This document shows, piece by piece, positions 19,058 to 30,635 of a DNA stretch of 64,000 nt. Under the pieces are notes generated by a model. The model was not told the DNA's origin. It made no database searches and saw nothing but the letters and a program-made list of their open reading frames with translations. The translations under genes were made by a program, and so were the position numbers. The stretch spans positions 576,001 through 640,000 of the forward strand of contig CBDBKE010000004.1 in assembly GCA_965206645.1 (NCBI GenBank), given 5' to 3'. Position 1 is the stretch's first letter, and every line of letters begins with the position of its first letter. This DNA comes from Terriglobia bacterium. Its GTDB lineage: Bacteria > Acidobacteriota > Terriglobia > JAJPHL01 > JAPKYU01.

Positions 19058-20926
19058 ATGAAACGTATCACTCAGTGGTCCACAAAAGCAGTGGTCCACA
19101 AAGGGCAGTTGTTCACAAAGGGTTCGCAATTGAGATTGGATCCACTGAGTCGACGGCAGTTTCTGAAGGCAACGGGACTCGCCGGAGTGACAGCCGGAAT
19201 TCAGCCTCCTCTCGTCCGCGCCCGAGGATCGAGGCGGAGTTCGGGAGAACCGGTTGTTGAGGGGAAAGAGATTTATCTGTCGGATCTGGAGAAATGCCAA
19301 CCATCGGCGGCTTTGTCGGAGCGTTCCGCACCGGGCGTTTGGCGAATGCTTAAGTACAAAAGCCGCGCTTTTTCTGGGACGATGTTGGTGGCTACCGAAG
19401 AGAGTGATGCACCAGACGTGAACTATGCTTTAGGTCGCTCAGGTTGGCACGAAATCTACATAGGGATCTATCGAAAGCCCTTTGAACAGCCCAAACAAGT
19501 CCAGGTTAAACTCAGCGACGATCCGGCTTATACCATTTTGACCGGACGCCCCGGTGAAACGGATCATCAAGAGAACTGGATCGATGATATCTACTGGAAA
19601 ACCGCCCATTTGAACGGGCGCGATATCGTCATTCGTCAGATTAAATTACCAAGAGTTCAACATAGCTGGGTTGGATATATCAAGTTGGTCCCTCTTTCTG
19701 AACAAGAGGTCCGCGCCGTCCGTAAGGACCGCAGCCGAACGAACACCAAACGGCTATTTGTGCATAGCGATGCTCACCTCTCCAACGTCACCGGATCCAC
19801 TGAGGAGATTCTCAAATACCTTGAACCTCTGCGCAACACCGACGTGGCTCGCATCTACTGGGAAGCTGGAGGCGGCGACCGTACCTTGTACTTCTCTGCG
19901 ATTGGCAGGGACCACGCGAGCGCGCTTGAGGATTCTCCAGTTTTCTTCCCCCGAGTCATTGACCGCGAGTGGGCTTTAACCTGGCAGGCCTATCGACAAA
20001 AAGGGACGGATCAGCTTCGAGTGGCTGCCGAATTCGCAAAGAAAATCGGTCTGGAGTTTCACGCGGCGTATCGAACGGCGGGATTTGTCCATCCACCCCC
20101 ATATGATGATATCCGGGGAAGTTTTTTCAAAGAACATCCTGAGCTGGTTTGTGTGGCTCGGGACGGAACAAGGTTGCCAAGAATCTCTTATGCCTTTCCG
20201 GAGACTCGCCGCTATGTGCTCCGGTTGTTCCGAGAAATGGCGGAGTATCCCATCGATGGCGTGTGTGTCCTCTATAACCGTCGGCCCCCGCTCGTCGCTT
20301 ATGAAGCACCTCTGGTCGAGGGGTTCACGGCCCGCTATGGCCAGGACCCTCGCCAACTGGACGAGCACGATCCCCGCTGGCTCTCCTATCGAAGCTGGGC
20401 ACTCACTGAGTTTATGCGGGAGCTAAGAAAGGAAATGGATGAAGTCAGTCAACGGACGCAGCGGTCGCAACGAGTGGCCATCTCAGCTGTCGTATTCCGA
20501 AAGGAAGAGAACCGGCTGCACGGGATGGATCTCCACACATGGATCCACGAGGGGCTGGTCGACACGATTATTCCCTACTCCTCCTCCATTCGTTTGAACA
20601 GCTACGAACCGGCCTGGGAGAATCGCGAGGATATCGACTACTTCGTTTCGCTGGTGAGGGGGACGAATTGCCGGTTGGCTCTTAACCTGATGCCACGTGC
20701 CCTGACGTCCGAGCAATACCTTCGCAAGGCGCACTTCCTCTATAGTGGGGGAGTTGAAAACTTCTTCTTCTGGGATGGAATCAGCCGAGTTAGGAAGGTG
20801 CCCCGACTCGGTCACCGGAAAGAGGTTGCCCGCTGGATAACAGCAGGGGAACCAGCAATCGTTCCGGCGGCAACCCCCTTGCATCACTTAGGCGGGTGGG
20901 ATCTGACGCTTGAGACCCCTGGATAA
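19058..20926 (+). CDS. Tat-exported protein with a probable TIM-barrel glycoside-hydrolase-like (GHL10-type) domain
   Basis: SRRQFLK twin-arginine motif; FFKEHPEL, SYAFPETR..REMAEYPIDGV and GMDLHTWIHEGLVD motifs; AGGAG SD. Confidence 0.65.
   Translation: MKRITQWSTKAVVHKGQLFTKGSQLRLDPLSRRQFLKATGLAGVTAGIQPPLVRARGSRRSSGEPVVEGKEIYLSDLEKCQPSAALSERSAPGVWRMLKYKSRAFSGTMLVATEESDAPDVNYALGRSGWHEIYIGIYRKPFEQPKQVQVKLSDDPAYTILTGRPGETDHQENWIDDIYWKTAHLNGRDIVIRQIKLPRVQHSWVGYIKLVPLSEQEVRAVRKDRSRTNTKRLFVHSDAHLSNVTGSTEEILKYLEPLRNTDVARIYWEAGGGDRTLYFSAIGRDHASALEDSPVFFPRVIDREWALTWQAYRQKGTDQLRVAAEFAKKIGLEFHAAYRTAGFVHPPPYDDIRGSFFKEHPELVCVARDGTRLPRISYAFPETRRYVLRLFREMAEYPIDGVCVLYNRRPPLVAYEAPLVEGFTARYGQDPRQLDEHDPRWLSYRSWALTEFMRELRKEMDEVSQRTQRSQRVAISAVVFRKEENRLHGMDLHTWIHEGLVDTIIPYSSSIRLNSYEPAWENREDIDYFVSLVRGTNCRLALNLMPRALTSEQYLRKAHFLYSGGVENFFFWDGISRVRKVPRLGHRKEVARWITAGEPAIVPAATPLHHLGGWDLTLETPG
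19073..19122 (+). repeat. 16/17-bp tandem repeat x3 in the 5' coding region
   Basis: cagtggtccacaaaag cagtggtccacaaaggg cagttgttcacaaaggg. Confidence 0.85.
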
Positions 20927-20983
20927 GTGCGCAGCTCGAGGACGTAGCCCACAGTCATCGAGCAGAGCAGGCCGAACAAACTC

Positions 20984-21592
20984 ATGGCTGACCGTTTCTA
21001 CCTAAGTCTCTGGCTAAAGGAGCAAGAAGAGGCGCGGATGCTAGAACGCTTCCGCGTACTACTAGAGGCGTTTCCCTGCTCTGAAGTGCGCCCCCGGGTG
21101 CAGGCGCTGCGAGTCCATCCTCTTAACTGGACCGAGCCTCCCGTTGTGGATCAGACATTCCACGAGGGCGCCGAAATTGGCGACGTCCTGGCGCTGGCCG
21201 CCGAGTTCCTGCATGCCGATTATTCCTACCAAGCGTCCATGTTCTGGGACCTGTGGGTATTCCAGACCAACGGGGGCGCAGCGGCCTGGAGGAGGGCGGC
21301 GCTCTCGGTCACATTGCTTTGCTACGGCCCCGATTTTGAGGACGGGCAAGCCGACCACGGTCACCTGGAAGTGGATTTTGGTCTGGACACACCCTTCCGT
21401 GCGGACCAGGACATCCCCGATGCCCAGGCGCGCATGCTGACAGGCGACTATCGCCGGCGCCTTCAGGAAAACCTCCGCAAGCTGATGGACTTCGTCCACC
21501 AATTGGAGAACCGACTGCCGGTCGAAAAGCGCTTGCTGTGGACCGAGTCGGGGGAGAACTTCGCCGAGATGATGCGCAAGAGTTTTGACTGA
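20984..21592 (+). CDS. Hypothetical protein
   Basis: 202-aa ORF with host-like codon usage; MADRFYLSLW...LLWTESGENFAE. Confidence 0.75.
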   Translation: MADRFYLSLWLKEQEEARMLERFRVLLEAFPCSEVRPRVQALRVHPLNWTEPPVVDQTFHEGAEIGDVLALAAEFLHADYSYQASMFWDLWVFQTNGGAAAWRRAALSVTLLCYGPDFEDGQADHGHLEVDFGLDTPFRADQDIPDAQARMLTGDYRRRLQENLRKLMDFVHQLENRLPVEKRLLWTESGENFAEMMRKSFD

Positions 21593-21684
21593 AGGCAGGT
21601 TCGGGTGTCAGGTACCAAGTGCCGGCTGGCTGTTCTGCTGGTTTTGCTGATGATTCGGTAGCAACCTAGCTTTCCAAGGTTGCT

Positions 21685-24096
21685 TCACTCTTCCAGTGCC
21701 TGTATGGCCGCTTCAACAATGGTTCCGGTGCTGATTCCATAGTAATCGTAAAGTTCTTTTTGGGTGCCCGACTGGCCAAATTCCTCCACTCCCAGACCGA
21801 TGGTTCTGGTCCCAAAGACACTGCCAATAAAGGAAAGCGCGTGGGAATGACCATCCATTACGGTGACGACGGGGACCTGGCGTTCCGCCAGAGGGATCAA
21901 ACGTTCCAGATGAAAACCGACTCCGGCGGTCGAGCTTTTCATCCTGTGCTTGTTGGCTTGTTGCCAGCTGCGATAGAGGAGACAGGGACTGGTCGCGCTA
22001 ATCACATTGGCAAAGACGTCTTCCTCGCGAAGCAACTGGCTGGCTTCTATGGCATCGGGGATCATGACCCCGCAGGAGAAAATGTTTACGACATTCACTC
22101 CAGGTTGATAGGAGGGCTCGGCACTGTAATCGACAATCCGATAACCACCGCGCACGACATGTTCGCGCAAAGCGTTAGCGTGTGTCTCATCACTCAACCT
22201 TTCTTGGGGGAAAAGAGCTTGCGCGATAGGTCGAGTGGACAGCCGCAAATAAACAATTTGCCCTTCCTTCCGATCCAACAGGTTTCTCAATGCTGCCAAG
22301 AAAATCCATTCCAATTCCTGGGCAAAAGTGGGCTCGTAGTAAACCAGATTGGGCAGTTCGATGCCGATGGATGGGGTGATAAAGGACTGATGAGACCCGC
22401 CTTCCGGGCCCAACGTGATTCCCGAAGGCGTAGCAGCAAAGATAAACTTTGATTTGCTGTAAGCTGAATAGATGAGAGCATCTAGACCCCGACAAACGAA
22501 TGGGTCATAGAGGGTTCCCATCGGAAGCAACGTTTCTCCGCTGAGTTCTTGCGCCAAGCCGAGCGCGTTCAGAAGCAGGAAAAGGTTATTTTCGGAAACA
22601 CCCAGCTCAATATGATGGCCTCGCGGCTTCTGCTCCCAATTTAGCATTAATGGAATCGCATTTTCGCGAAAGTAATTGTTCATTTCCTGAGGGCAATAGA
22701 CCCCCATCTTGTTGATCCATCCGCCCAGGTTGGTAGAGGTAGCCACGTCAGGTGAGACGGTGACCAGTCGTTCGGCAATTTCGGGGATACGGCTGCAGGC
22801 CAGCAGGAGACTGCCCAGAGCCTGCTGGGTAGACGTCTCCCCCTTGTAGGTGGAGTGCAGTGTCTCGGGAATCGGTGGGTGGGCCGCTGGACCAGGAGCG
22901 CTCAACCCCTCTGCTTGTAATTTCAAGCGCTGCAGGTGAGATTGAACATAGCGCGCCTCCGGGCTTCCCTCAGCGAAGCCTGCAAACTCCTCCCCCGTCG
23001 GGACTTCCAATTGCTGCTGGAGTTCCTCCATTTGCTGCCGGGTCAGCAGCTTGGAATGATTCAGCGGGTCACCAGCAATGGGCAAGCTCCAGCCTTTGAT
23101 GGTATAGGCCACAATGACCACGGGGCCGGTGCTAATCTGCTCAGCTTCTTCGAGAACGGTCAGGATTTTTTGCAAATCATGCCCAGCCAGATCCGATAAC
23201 AAACTCTTCATTTCCCCGGCGGGATAAGTCTCAAGCAGGCGCAGCAATTCCTCGTCGAGGACTCCGTCACTCCATGCCAACTTTTGTCGGATTTTCTCTC
23301 CATCATTGAGCCGCAGCAGGCTTTGATACTCCTCGTTGGTCATCAAATCAATGCGGAGGCGCAACTTCTGCCCGGCTGGCCGAGCAAAGGCTTCTTCCAA
23401 GCGTCGGCCGTATTTCAGTTCCAGCACATGCCAGTCATTGACGCGGAACATTTCCTCGATTTTTTGCGCCTTCCCACTGGGTACGACCCGGTCCAGGCTT
23501 TGTCGATTGAGGTCAATAATCCAAAGCACCCGGCCCAGGCGCCGGAGATTCTCTTCCCCGAGAGCTTCCCAGACATTTCCCTCATCCAATTCAGCATCTC
23601 CCACGAGGGCAATAAAGCGACTTCGTCCAGGACGACCGAAATGGTCCTGAACAAACTGCTGTGTGAGCGCCGCAAAGTTGGGTGTGACCGCCCCGAGCCC
23701 TATCGAGCCGGTAGAAATGTCCACTCCATCCACATCCTTGGTGCGGCTGGGATAGGCCTGCAATCCTTTGAAACTGCGAAATTCCTTGAGCTTCTCTTCC
23801 GGCAACTTCCCCAGCAGAAACTGAATGGCATGATAAACGGGGGAGGCATGGGGCTTCACGGACACTCGGTCACCGGTGCGCAAAGTGTGAAAGTAAAGCG
23901 CGGTCATCAGGCTTACCATGGACGCGGAACTGGCTTGATGCCCACCCACCTTCACCTTACCGGGATTGTCGCGCACGGAATTGGCATGGTGGATCATCTG
24001 CGTGCTGAGCCAGAGAACCCGATGTTGAATTCTCTGTAAGATCTCCAGATCATAACCGTGCTCCGACTGGATTTCCTGTTTGGCGTTGACCGGCAT
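21685..24096 (-). CDS. TPP-dependent AceE/transketolase-like 2-oxoacid dehydrogenase E1 component
   Basis: KVGGHQASSAS, STGSIGLG, GDAELDEG..N TPP motif, TIKG, EGGSHQS and FGQSG motifs. Confidence 0.88.
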   Translation of the reverse strand: MPVNAKQEIQSEHGYDLEILQRIQHRVLWLSTQMIHHANSVRDNPGKVKVGGHQASSASMVSLMTALYFHTLRTGDRVSVKPHASPVYHAIQFLLGKLPEEKLKEFRSFKGLQAYPSRTKDVDGVDISTGSIGLGAVTPNFAALTQQFVQDHFGRPGRSRFIALVGDAELDEGNVWEALGEENLRRLGRVLWIIDLNRQSLDRVVPSGKAQKIEEMFRVNDWHVLELKYGRRLEEAFARPAGQKLRLRIDLMTNEEYQSLLRLNDGEKIRQKLAWSDGVLDEELLRLLETYPAGEMKSLLSDLAGHDLQKILTVLEEAEQISTGPVVIVAYTIKGWSLPIAGDPLNHSKLLTRQQMEELQQQLEVPTGEEFAGFAEGSPEARYVQSHLQRLKLQAEGLSAPGPAAHPPIPETLHSTYKGETSTQQALGSLLLACSRIPEIAERLVTVSPDVATSTNLGGWINKMGVYCPQEMNNYFRENAIPLMLNWEQKPRGHHIELGVSENNLFLLLNALGLAQELSGETLLPMGTLYDPFVCRGLDALIYSAYSKSKFIFAATPSGITLGPEGGSHQSFITPSIGIELPNLVYYEPTFAQELEWIFLAALRNLLDRKEGQIVYLRLSTRPIAQALFPQERLSDETHANALREHVVRGGYRIVDYSAEPSYQPGVNVVNIFSCGVMIPDAIEASQLLREEDVFANVISATSPCLLYRSWQQANKHRMKSSTAGVGFHLERLIPLAERQVPVVTVMDGHSHALSFIGSVFGTRTIGLGVEEFGQSGTQKELYDYYGISTGTIVEAAIQALEE

Positions 24097-24191
24097 GGCC
24101 TTCTCCTATTTCAGACCCCTATCTTTATCCATTCTATCATCGCAAGAAATTCCCGACTGTTGCCCACTTCCATTCTCCCCAAAGGCGGCTG

Positions 24192-25391
24192 CTACCGGCT
24201 GGCTTCAGTGAGGGCTTCCACGCCGGGCAGCTTTCGCCCGGCGAGAAATTCCAGCGAGGCCCCCCCGCCCGTGGAGACGTGGGTGATCTTCTCCGTGAGC
24301 CCGGCCTTGGCCAGAGCCGAAACCGAGTCGCCGCCGCCGACAATACTGAGCGCCCCAGAGGCGGCCACTGCCCGAGCCACTTTCAGAGTGCCCTGGGCGA
24401 AATCGTCGATCTCAAACACGCCCATCGGGCCGTTCCACACCACAGTCTTGGCGCGGGCAATCTCGGCTGCATAGGTACGGATGGTGGCCGGGCCGATGTC
24501 CAACCCCATCCAGCCCTCCGCAATGCCGCCGGGCGCCGAGTCATCCACCACGCGCTTTTCGGCGCCCGCTTCCGCTTTCTGGGCGGTGACGTGATCGGAG
24601 GGAAGCAGGAAGCGGAACTTACGTTGCTTGATTTCGTCGAGCACGCGTTGCGCCAGATCCAGCTTCTCAGCTTCCACCAGCGAGCCACCCACGGGGTACC
24701 CCTGGGCGCGGGAAAAGGTGTAGGCCATGGCCCCGCCGATCAACAGGCTGTCGCAAAGCTGCAGCAGATTGTTGATCACCTCAATCTTGTCGGACACTTT
24801 GGCGCCGCCGAGAATCGCCACATAGGGACGGTCGGGGTCGGTGATGGCTTGCGTCAGGTACCGCAACTCCTTCTCCATGAGCAGGCCGGCGGCCGCGGGC
24901 GTCACGTGGTGGGCAATTCCCTCGGTGGAGGCGTGAGCCCGGTGCGCGCTGCCGAAGGCGTCGTTCACGTAGACGTCGCACAGTGCGGCCAGTTGCCGGG
25001 AAAACTGCGGGTCATTGGCTTCCTCCTCGGGATGGAAGCGCACGTTCTCGAGCAGCAGTACCTCGCCGTCCTTGATGGTGCCTGCCGATCGTTCCACCTC
25101 CTGCCCCACGCAATCGGGAGCAAAGTTGGCAGGTTTGCCGAGCAGCTCGGAGAGCCGGCCGGCCGCGGGCTTGAGGCTATACTTGGGATTTACTTTGCCC
25201 TTGGGACGCCCCAAGTGCGAGGCCAGCACCAGCCGTGCACCGCCCTCGATCGCCAGCCGAAGGGTGGGCAGGGTCTCGCGGATGCGGGTGTCGTCTTCCA
25301 CACGATCACCCGCCAAGGGGACGTTGAAATCCACCCGAATGAAGACGCGCTTCCCTTTCAGCTCCAGATCGCGAATGGAAAGTTTAGGCAT
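24192..25391 (-). CDS. pgk: Phosphoglycerate kinase
   Basis: [33 protein letters not shown] and STGGGASLE motifs. Confidence 0.98.
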   Translation of the reverse strand: MPKLSIRDLELKGKRVFIRVDFNVPLAGDRVEDDTRIRETLPTLRLAIEGGARLVLASHLGRPKGKVNPKYSLKPAAGRLSELLGKPANFAPDCVGQEVERSAGTIKDGEVLLLENVRFHPEEEANDPQFSRQLAALCDVYVNDAFGSAHRAHASTEGIAHHVTPAAAGLLMEKELRYLTQAITDPDRPYVAILGGAKVSDKIEVINNLLQLCDSLLIGGAMAYTFSRAQGYPVGGSLVEAEKLDLAQRVLDEIKQRKFRFLLPSDHVTAQKAEAGAEKRVVDDSAPGGIAEGWMGLDIGPATIRTYAAEIARAKTVVWNGPMGVFEIDDFAQGTLKVARAVAASGALSIVGGGDSVSALAKAGLTEKITHVSTGGGASLEFLAGRKLPGVEALTEASR

Positions 25392-25446
25392 GAACCGTCC
25401 CTGTACAAGGTCCAAGGCCGGAGCTCTAGTCCGCGACTTCTCCGCT

Positions 25447-26487
<1,041 letters not shown>

Positions 26488-26594
26488 CTAGCAGGGATTG
26501 GGGAGAACGGTAAGCGGAAAAAGGCGCTCCGGCCGGTGCGGTGGCGCGTGAAAATGTCCAGCGGAACAGGGTTACTACCCGGGGACTCTGGCCA

Positions 26595-26659
26595 GCGGCG
26601 CCTCAGCCGGGACCGCGGCTATGGCTCAGAAGGCGCCGGCGGCGCCTCAGCCGGGACCG
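26595..26659. repeat. 21-bp direct repeat straddling a stop codon
   Basis: gcggcgcctcagccgggaccg at 26595-26615 and 26639-26659. Confidence 0.85.
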
Positions 26660-27509
26660 GAGCTTCGGAGGCATCCTCTTCGTTTACTGAGGATTCCGCG
26701 GTTTCGGCTGTGGCAGCTCGCAATGCCTCGGAGGCAACACCTGGCGTGTATTCCTTCACCTCAATGACCTCGCTACCTCGAAAGGTGACGAAAGTCACTT
26801 TCGACGGTGGGACACCGTAGATCCAGTCTTCTAGCTCGATGCGGCCGTGCCGCTCGCGGACCTTGCGGTCAGGCCGGCCCCGCGCGGCAACCACCATCTG
26901 GCGATCCATCCCCACCAGAACCTGGTGGTTCTTAATGGCTTCCCGAACTTCTTTTGGAAGCGACTCGGTATAAATGATGCTGGCCGACTGGCGACTGAAA
27001 TCCAGCAGGCCGCCGAGGACTTGCTTCACTTGATCCGAGGTCAGGTCCGGCACTGGGCCTTCAAAGCGCAAGGCGATGCTGGACCCGGTGGGCAAGGCCA
27101 TTTGCCTCGTCACCGGACGCGTGGTTCCCCCGAAACCGACCTGGATTCTCTGATACCACTTTCCCTTTTCCTTGCCGCCTCCATTGAGGTCGAAAACAAT
27201 TTCCTTTTTGCGAAAAGCGATGTTTGTGATCTGGACCCTTTCGCCGGGCTGGAGGGCGACGCCATTCATACCGGTCAGATGTTGAAGTTCCTCCTCATCC
27301 ACCTGCTCCTGCGAATCGAGCGGAACAGGCTCTTCCCCGCGAGGCAAAGCCTTCTTCACGGTTGCAAATTCAGAATGCAGGCCGCGGAGAATCTGCAGGC
27401 GGGACTCGCGGCTCAAGGTGCTGGCCGGTTTACTGCCGGCCCAAAGCAGGCCAGGCAGGGCCACCGCCAGGATGAGAAGGATGAGAACCAGCTGAGTTAG
27501 GTGCTTCAT
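26619..27509 (-). CDS. Secreted hypothetical protein with a C-terminal SmpA/BamE-like segment
   Basis: Signal peptide MKHLTQLVLILLILAVALPGLLWA; VLVGMDRQMVVAARGRP..EDWIYG; ATGA overlap with the upstream gene. Confidence 0.75.
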   Translation of the reverse strand: MKHLTQLVLILLILAVALPGLLWAGSKPASTLSRESRLQILRGLHSEFATVKKALPRGEEPVPLDSQEQVDEEELQHLTGMNGVALQPGERVQITNIAFRKKEIVFDLNGGGKEKGKWYQRIQVGFGGTTRPVTRQMALPTGSSIALRFEGPVPDLTSDQVKQVLGGLLDFSRQSASIIYTESLPKEVREAIKNHQVLVGMDRQMVVAARGRPDRKVRERHGRIELEDWIYGVPPSKVTFVTFRGSEVIEVKEYTPGVASEALRAATAETAESSVNEEDASEAPVPAEAPPAPSEP

Positions 27510-28396
27510 TGAACTTCGCTCGAGCGCGCTGGCGTCTGGCTTTGACCCCCTCGCAGGATCAGCGCCACAGTGACCGCCAAAATCACCAAGGTCGCCGGGA
27601 CTGAGGCTTCCGGCCCGTACCCACCGCCGTGGAGCAACTCGGCCCCGCTGACCTCTGCCAACAGCGGTCCACATACTATTCTAATCCCACTCACGGGAAA
27701 TCCAAAAGCCGCTTCGAAAAAGTTCCAGCCCCAATGCAGCCCAATGGGCAGCCACAGTCGTCCGGTGCGCAGGTAGGCGACGGCGAACAAGATGCCCACC
27801 AACATGGTGTTAACCGTACCCACCAGGCTGGCGCTGGGATTGCTGTAATGCAGGGCGGCAAAAATGGCCCCCTGGACTAATACCGCCGCTGGCGTCCCAA
27901 GTACCTCCAGCAGCCGCTGGAAGGGGTAGCCGCGGGCCAGCAGCTCCTCGTGCACTGCTCCGGCCAGGAAAACGAAGAAAAACAGCAGCAGGCGGGCGAC
28001 ACCGTCCGCTACCGGAATGCCGCTTGGAATCACCCGCAAGTGCCCGGTGGCCCACTGTAGCAGTGCGACACCCCCTATCATGGCCAGCCCCAGCAGAAAG
28101 CCGCCAGCCAGCTGGGAAAGCCAGCCCGGCTCGCCTCCCAGCCCGACAAAGCTAAGCGGTCGGTGCTCCACCGCCCCCAGCATGAACCATGTGGCCATTG
28201 CCACCGCCAACAACCCTGCGATCACCGAGAACAGCACGAATTGCAGGTTGGCCGTAGGCGGGGATGCCGGAAACGGCAACAATCCCATCACCACCCAGGC
28301 AGAAAGCACATACAGGAGAACGAACAGAAAGAAGCGCCAGGCCGCCCGCAAACGACCCGGCGAGCCAGTAAACGGAAGGGGAAACTTAGGGGTCAT
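27506..28396 (-). CDS. CPBP (Abi/CAAX type II) intramembrane metalloprotease
   Basis: EELLARG, FAALH and HWGWN motifs; multiple TM helices. Confidence 0.92.
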   Translation of the reverse strand: MTPKFPLPFTGSPGRLRAAWRFFLFVLLYVLSAWVVMGLLPFPASPPTANLQFVLFSVIAGLLAVAMATWFMLGAVEHRPLSFVGLGGEPGWLSQLAGGFLLGLAMIGGVALLQWATGHLRVIPSGIPVADGVARLLLFFFVFLAGAVHEELLARGYPFQRLLEVLGTPAAVLVQGAIFAALHYSNPSASLVGTVNTMLVGILFAVAYLRTGRLWLPIGLHWGWNFFEAAFGFPVSGIRIVCGPLLAEVSGAELLHGGGYGPEASVPATLVILAVTVALILRGGQSQTPARSSEVQ

Positions 28397-28407
28397 GGTT
28401 CAACCCT

Positions 28408-28467
28408 GGTCACTGCGATCCTGGCGCGGTCTCGGCGATTCTGGCCCGGTTACTGCGATTCTGGCGA
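28408..28467. repeat. Degenerate 20-bp tandem repeat x3 upstream of the CPBP start
   Basis: ggtcactgcgatcctggcgc / ggtctcggcgattctggccc / ggttactgcgattctggcga. Confidence 0.8.
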
Positions 28468-28478
28468 GGCTGCTCCCT

Positions 28479-28510
28479 TGCCATTCCGAACGAAGCGAGG
28501 AATCTGCTTT
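28479..28510. repeat. REP-like half element
   Basis: 29/32 nt identical to 9536-9567. Confidence 0.75.
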
Positions 28511-28532
28511 TTCAACCGAGTAGCTTGCCGTT

Positions 28533-29543
28533 TCATGTCCGGCACACCCGGACGGCGAGTCCGCGGGCCGAGATGCCGACAGGCAGGATACGGCCGCCTT
28601 GGCTCGCCAGCGCCTGGGCCACGCGTCGCTTGGCGCCGTCCTCCACGTAGAACAGCACGCAACCCCCGCCTCCGGCTCCGCAGACCTTGGCCGCGGTGGC
28701 CCCGTGGCGGGAAGCCACTCGGGTCAGGCGCTCAATGAGCGGCGTTGTGATGCCCGGGGCGTTTCTCTTGCGATGGTTCCATTCGGCCTGGATCAAGCGA
28801 CCCACTTCTTCCCAGTCCTGCCGCTCCAGCGCCCACCGAAGCAGCCGCGAAATTTCGGCGATACGCGTGAAGTTGCGGATCACCCGCTTGTCACCATCAA
28901 TGTGCGCTTTCATCACCTCCCAGTTGTTGATGCCCGACTCGCGTGGGAACCCGGTGTAGGCCAGCACGAGCCGGCGCAGCAGCGCTCCGCTGTCCACCCG
29001 AACTCGTTCCCGGATCACGCCGCCGGGCGTCAGCCGAATGGCGTTCACGCCACCATAGGTCGCCGGATAAAAGTCCTGATCCCCGGTGGGCACGCGGATC
29101 ACTTGGGCCTCCACGTTGTGGGCAATCTCCACCAATTTGGACTTGGGGAAGCCTGCCCCGGTCCACTGGTTGAGCGCCCCGCACACGGCTATGTTCAGGG
29201 CCGAGGAGCCGGCGATACCGGCTCCGGCCGGGGCCTCCGAGGTGGTGGTCAGCGTCAGGCCTTGGAGCGGCGCAAAGAAGCGGATCAGGCGAGCTAACAA
29301 AGGGAGCTTGTAGCGATCGGCCTTGATCAGCTGCGCGAGGTTCCCGAAAGTCTCGCCGAGTCCCAGATCGTGGGATTTAAGGTGAATCCGCTTGTCGCGC
29401 CGAGGCTCGATGACGCAGGTGGCGTAGAGCGTGGTAGCGAAGTTGATCGTCTGGGCGTCCTCGTGGAACAGGTAGAGCGGCCAGATGTCCAACGTGCCGC
29501 CGGCCAGATCCACCCGCGTGGGGGCGCGGCTGACGATTTTCAT
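28533..29543 (-). CDS. GHMP kinase, HddA (heptose-7-phosphate kinase)-like
   Basis: RAPTRVDLAGGTLD, PAGAGIAGSS, TGDQD and KVCGAGGGG motifs. Confidence 0.85.
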   Translation of the reverse strand: MKIVSRAPTRVDLAGGTLDIWPLYLFHEDAQTINFATTLYATCVIEPRRDKRIHLKSHDLGLGETFGNLAQLIKADRYKLPLLARLIRFFAPLQGLTLTTTSEAPAGAGIAGSSALNIAVCGALNQWTGAGFPKSKLVEIAHNVEAQVIRVPTGDQDFYPATYGGVNAIRLTPGGVIRERVRVDSGALLRRLVLAYTGFPRESGINNWEVMKAHIDGDKRVIRNFTRIAEISRLLRWALERQDWEEVGRLIQAEWNHRKRNAPGITTPLIERLTRVASRHGATAAKVCGAGGGGCVLFYVEDGAKRRVAQALASQGGRILPVGISARGLAVRVCRT

Positions 29544-30586
29544 GCGCTTTTCCGTTTACTTTTCCTGGGGGGTTTCCTCAACCGCTCCACTTCTCCCTTC
29601 AGGTCCCGAACCGTGTGGAACAGTTCGGGTAGACGGCTGAAGGCGGTGATGCAGCGCAGCCACAGCTTGTTGTCCAGGCCGGGCGCGCCGGAAATCATCT
29701 GCCCTGCGGGGACATCGCGGTGGACAGCCGACTTGGCAGTCAGCACGGCGCCGTCGCCCATCTTGAGGTGGCCGGCCGAAGCAGCCTGACCGGCCAGTAG
29801 CACATTGCGGCCCAGTTCGGTGCTGCCCGCCAACCCTACCTGGGCGCACAGCAGACTATTCTCGCCGACCGTGCAGGCGTGGCCCACCTGCACCAGGTTG
29901 TCAATCTTGGCGCCGGCCTTGATGCGTGTCTCGCCCACCGTTCCCCGGTCAATGCAGCTATGGGCCTGCACTTCCACGTCATCTTCCAGGATCACCACGC
30001 CCGCCTGCACGATTTTGTAGTGACTGCCATCGTCCTGGCGGGCAAACCCGTAGCCGTCGGAGCCGAGGATGACGCCGTTTTGCAAGATGACCCGGTCACC
30101 GATCCGGCAATACTCTCGGACCACAGCGTGGCTGTGGGCATAGAAATCGTTTCCAATGCGCGCCCCGCGATAGACGGCTACATGGGAATGCAGCACGGCG
30201 TTGTCGCCAATCTCCACGTCCTCATCAATGGAGACGAAAGGACCCACGCTGGCGTTTTTTCCCAGATGTGCGCTGGCCGCGACCGCTGCCTGCGGATGAA
30301 CGCCCGGCACGGGTCGTGGCGGGCGGTAGAACAACTCCAGCGCCCGAGCAAAGCACAGGTAAGGATTGGGCGAGCGGAGCACCGGTCGCCCGATGGACCC
30401 TATGTCGGGGGAGACAATGGCCGCCGCCGCCCGGGTCTGGCTCAACCTGGGCGCATAGCGCGGGTTGGTTAGAAAGGTCAGTTCGGAGGGTCCGGCCTGC
30501 TCCATGCCGGCAACGCCGGTGATCTCCAACTCGCCGTCGCCCTCCAGGGCGCAGCTCAGCCGTTCAGCAATTTTGGAAAGTTTCAT
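29540..30586 (-). CDS. lpxD: UDP-3-O-(3-hydroxyacyl)glucosamine N-acyltransferase
   Basis: Hexapeptide repeats; GSDGYGF, IDRG and KIDNLVQVGH motifs. Confidence 0.95.
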   Translation of the reverse strand: MKLSKIAERLSCALEGDGELEITGVAGMEQAGPSELTFLTNPRYAPRLSQTRAAAAIVSPDIGSIGRPVLRSPNPYLCFARALELFYRPPRPVPGVHPQAAVAASAHLGKNASVGPFVSIDEDVEIGDNAVLHSHVAVYRGARIGNDFYAHSHAVVREYCRIGDRVILQNGVILGSDGYGFARQDDGSHYKIVQAGVVILEDDVEVQAHSCIDRGTVGETRIKAGAKIDNLVQVGHACTVGENSLLCAQVGLAGSTELGRNVLLAGQAASAGHLKMGDGAVLTAKSAVHRDVPAGQMISGAPGLDNKLWLRCITAFSRLPELFHTVRDLKGEVERLRKPPRKSKRKSA

Positions 30587-30635
30587 GGGAGTTAGCGTTC
30601 CAGTTCGAGGATGAGGCCAATGGGCCGAGCCACGG

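Noticed and set aside
19073-19122. DnaA-box-like words (ttgttcaca, tggtccaca) suggesting an origin
   Set aside because: They have 1-2 mismatches each, arise from a tandem repeat inside a probable CDS, and lack an AT-rich unwinding element or dnaA.
28408-28467. Possible CRISPR array
   Set aside because: The units are contiguous and degenerate with no spacers; there are only three and no cas genes in the window.
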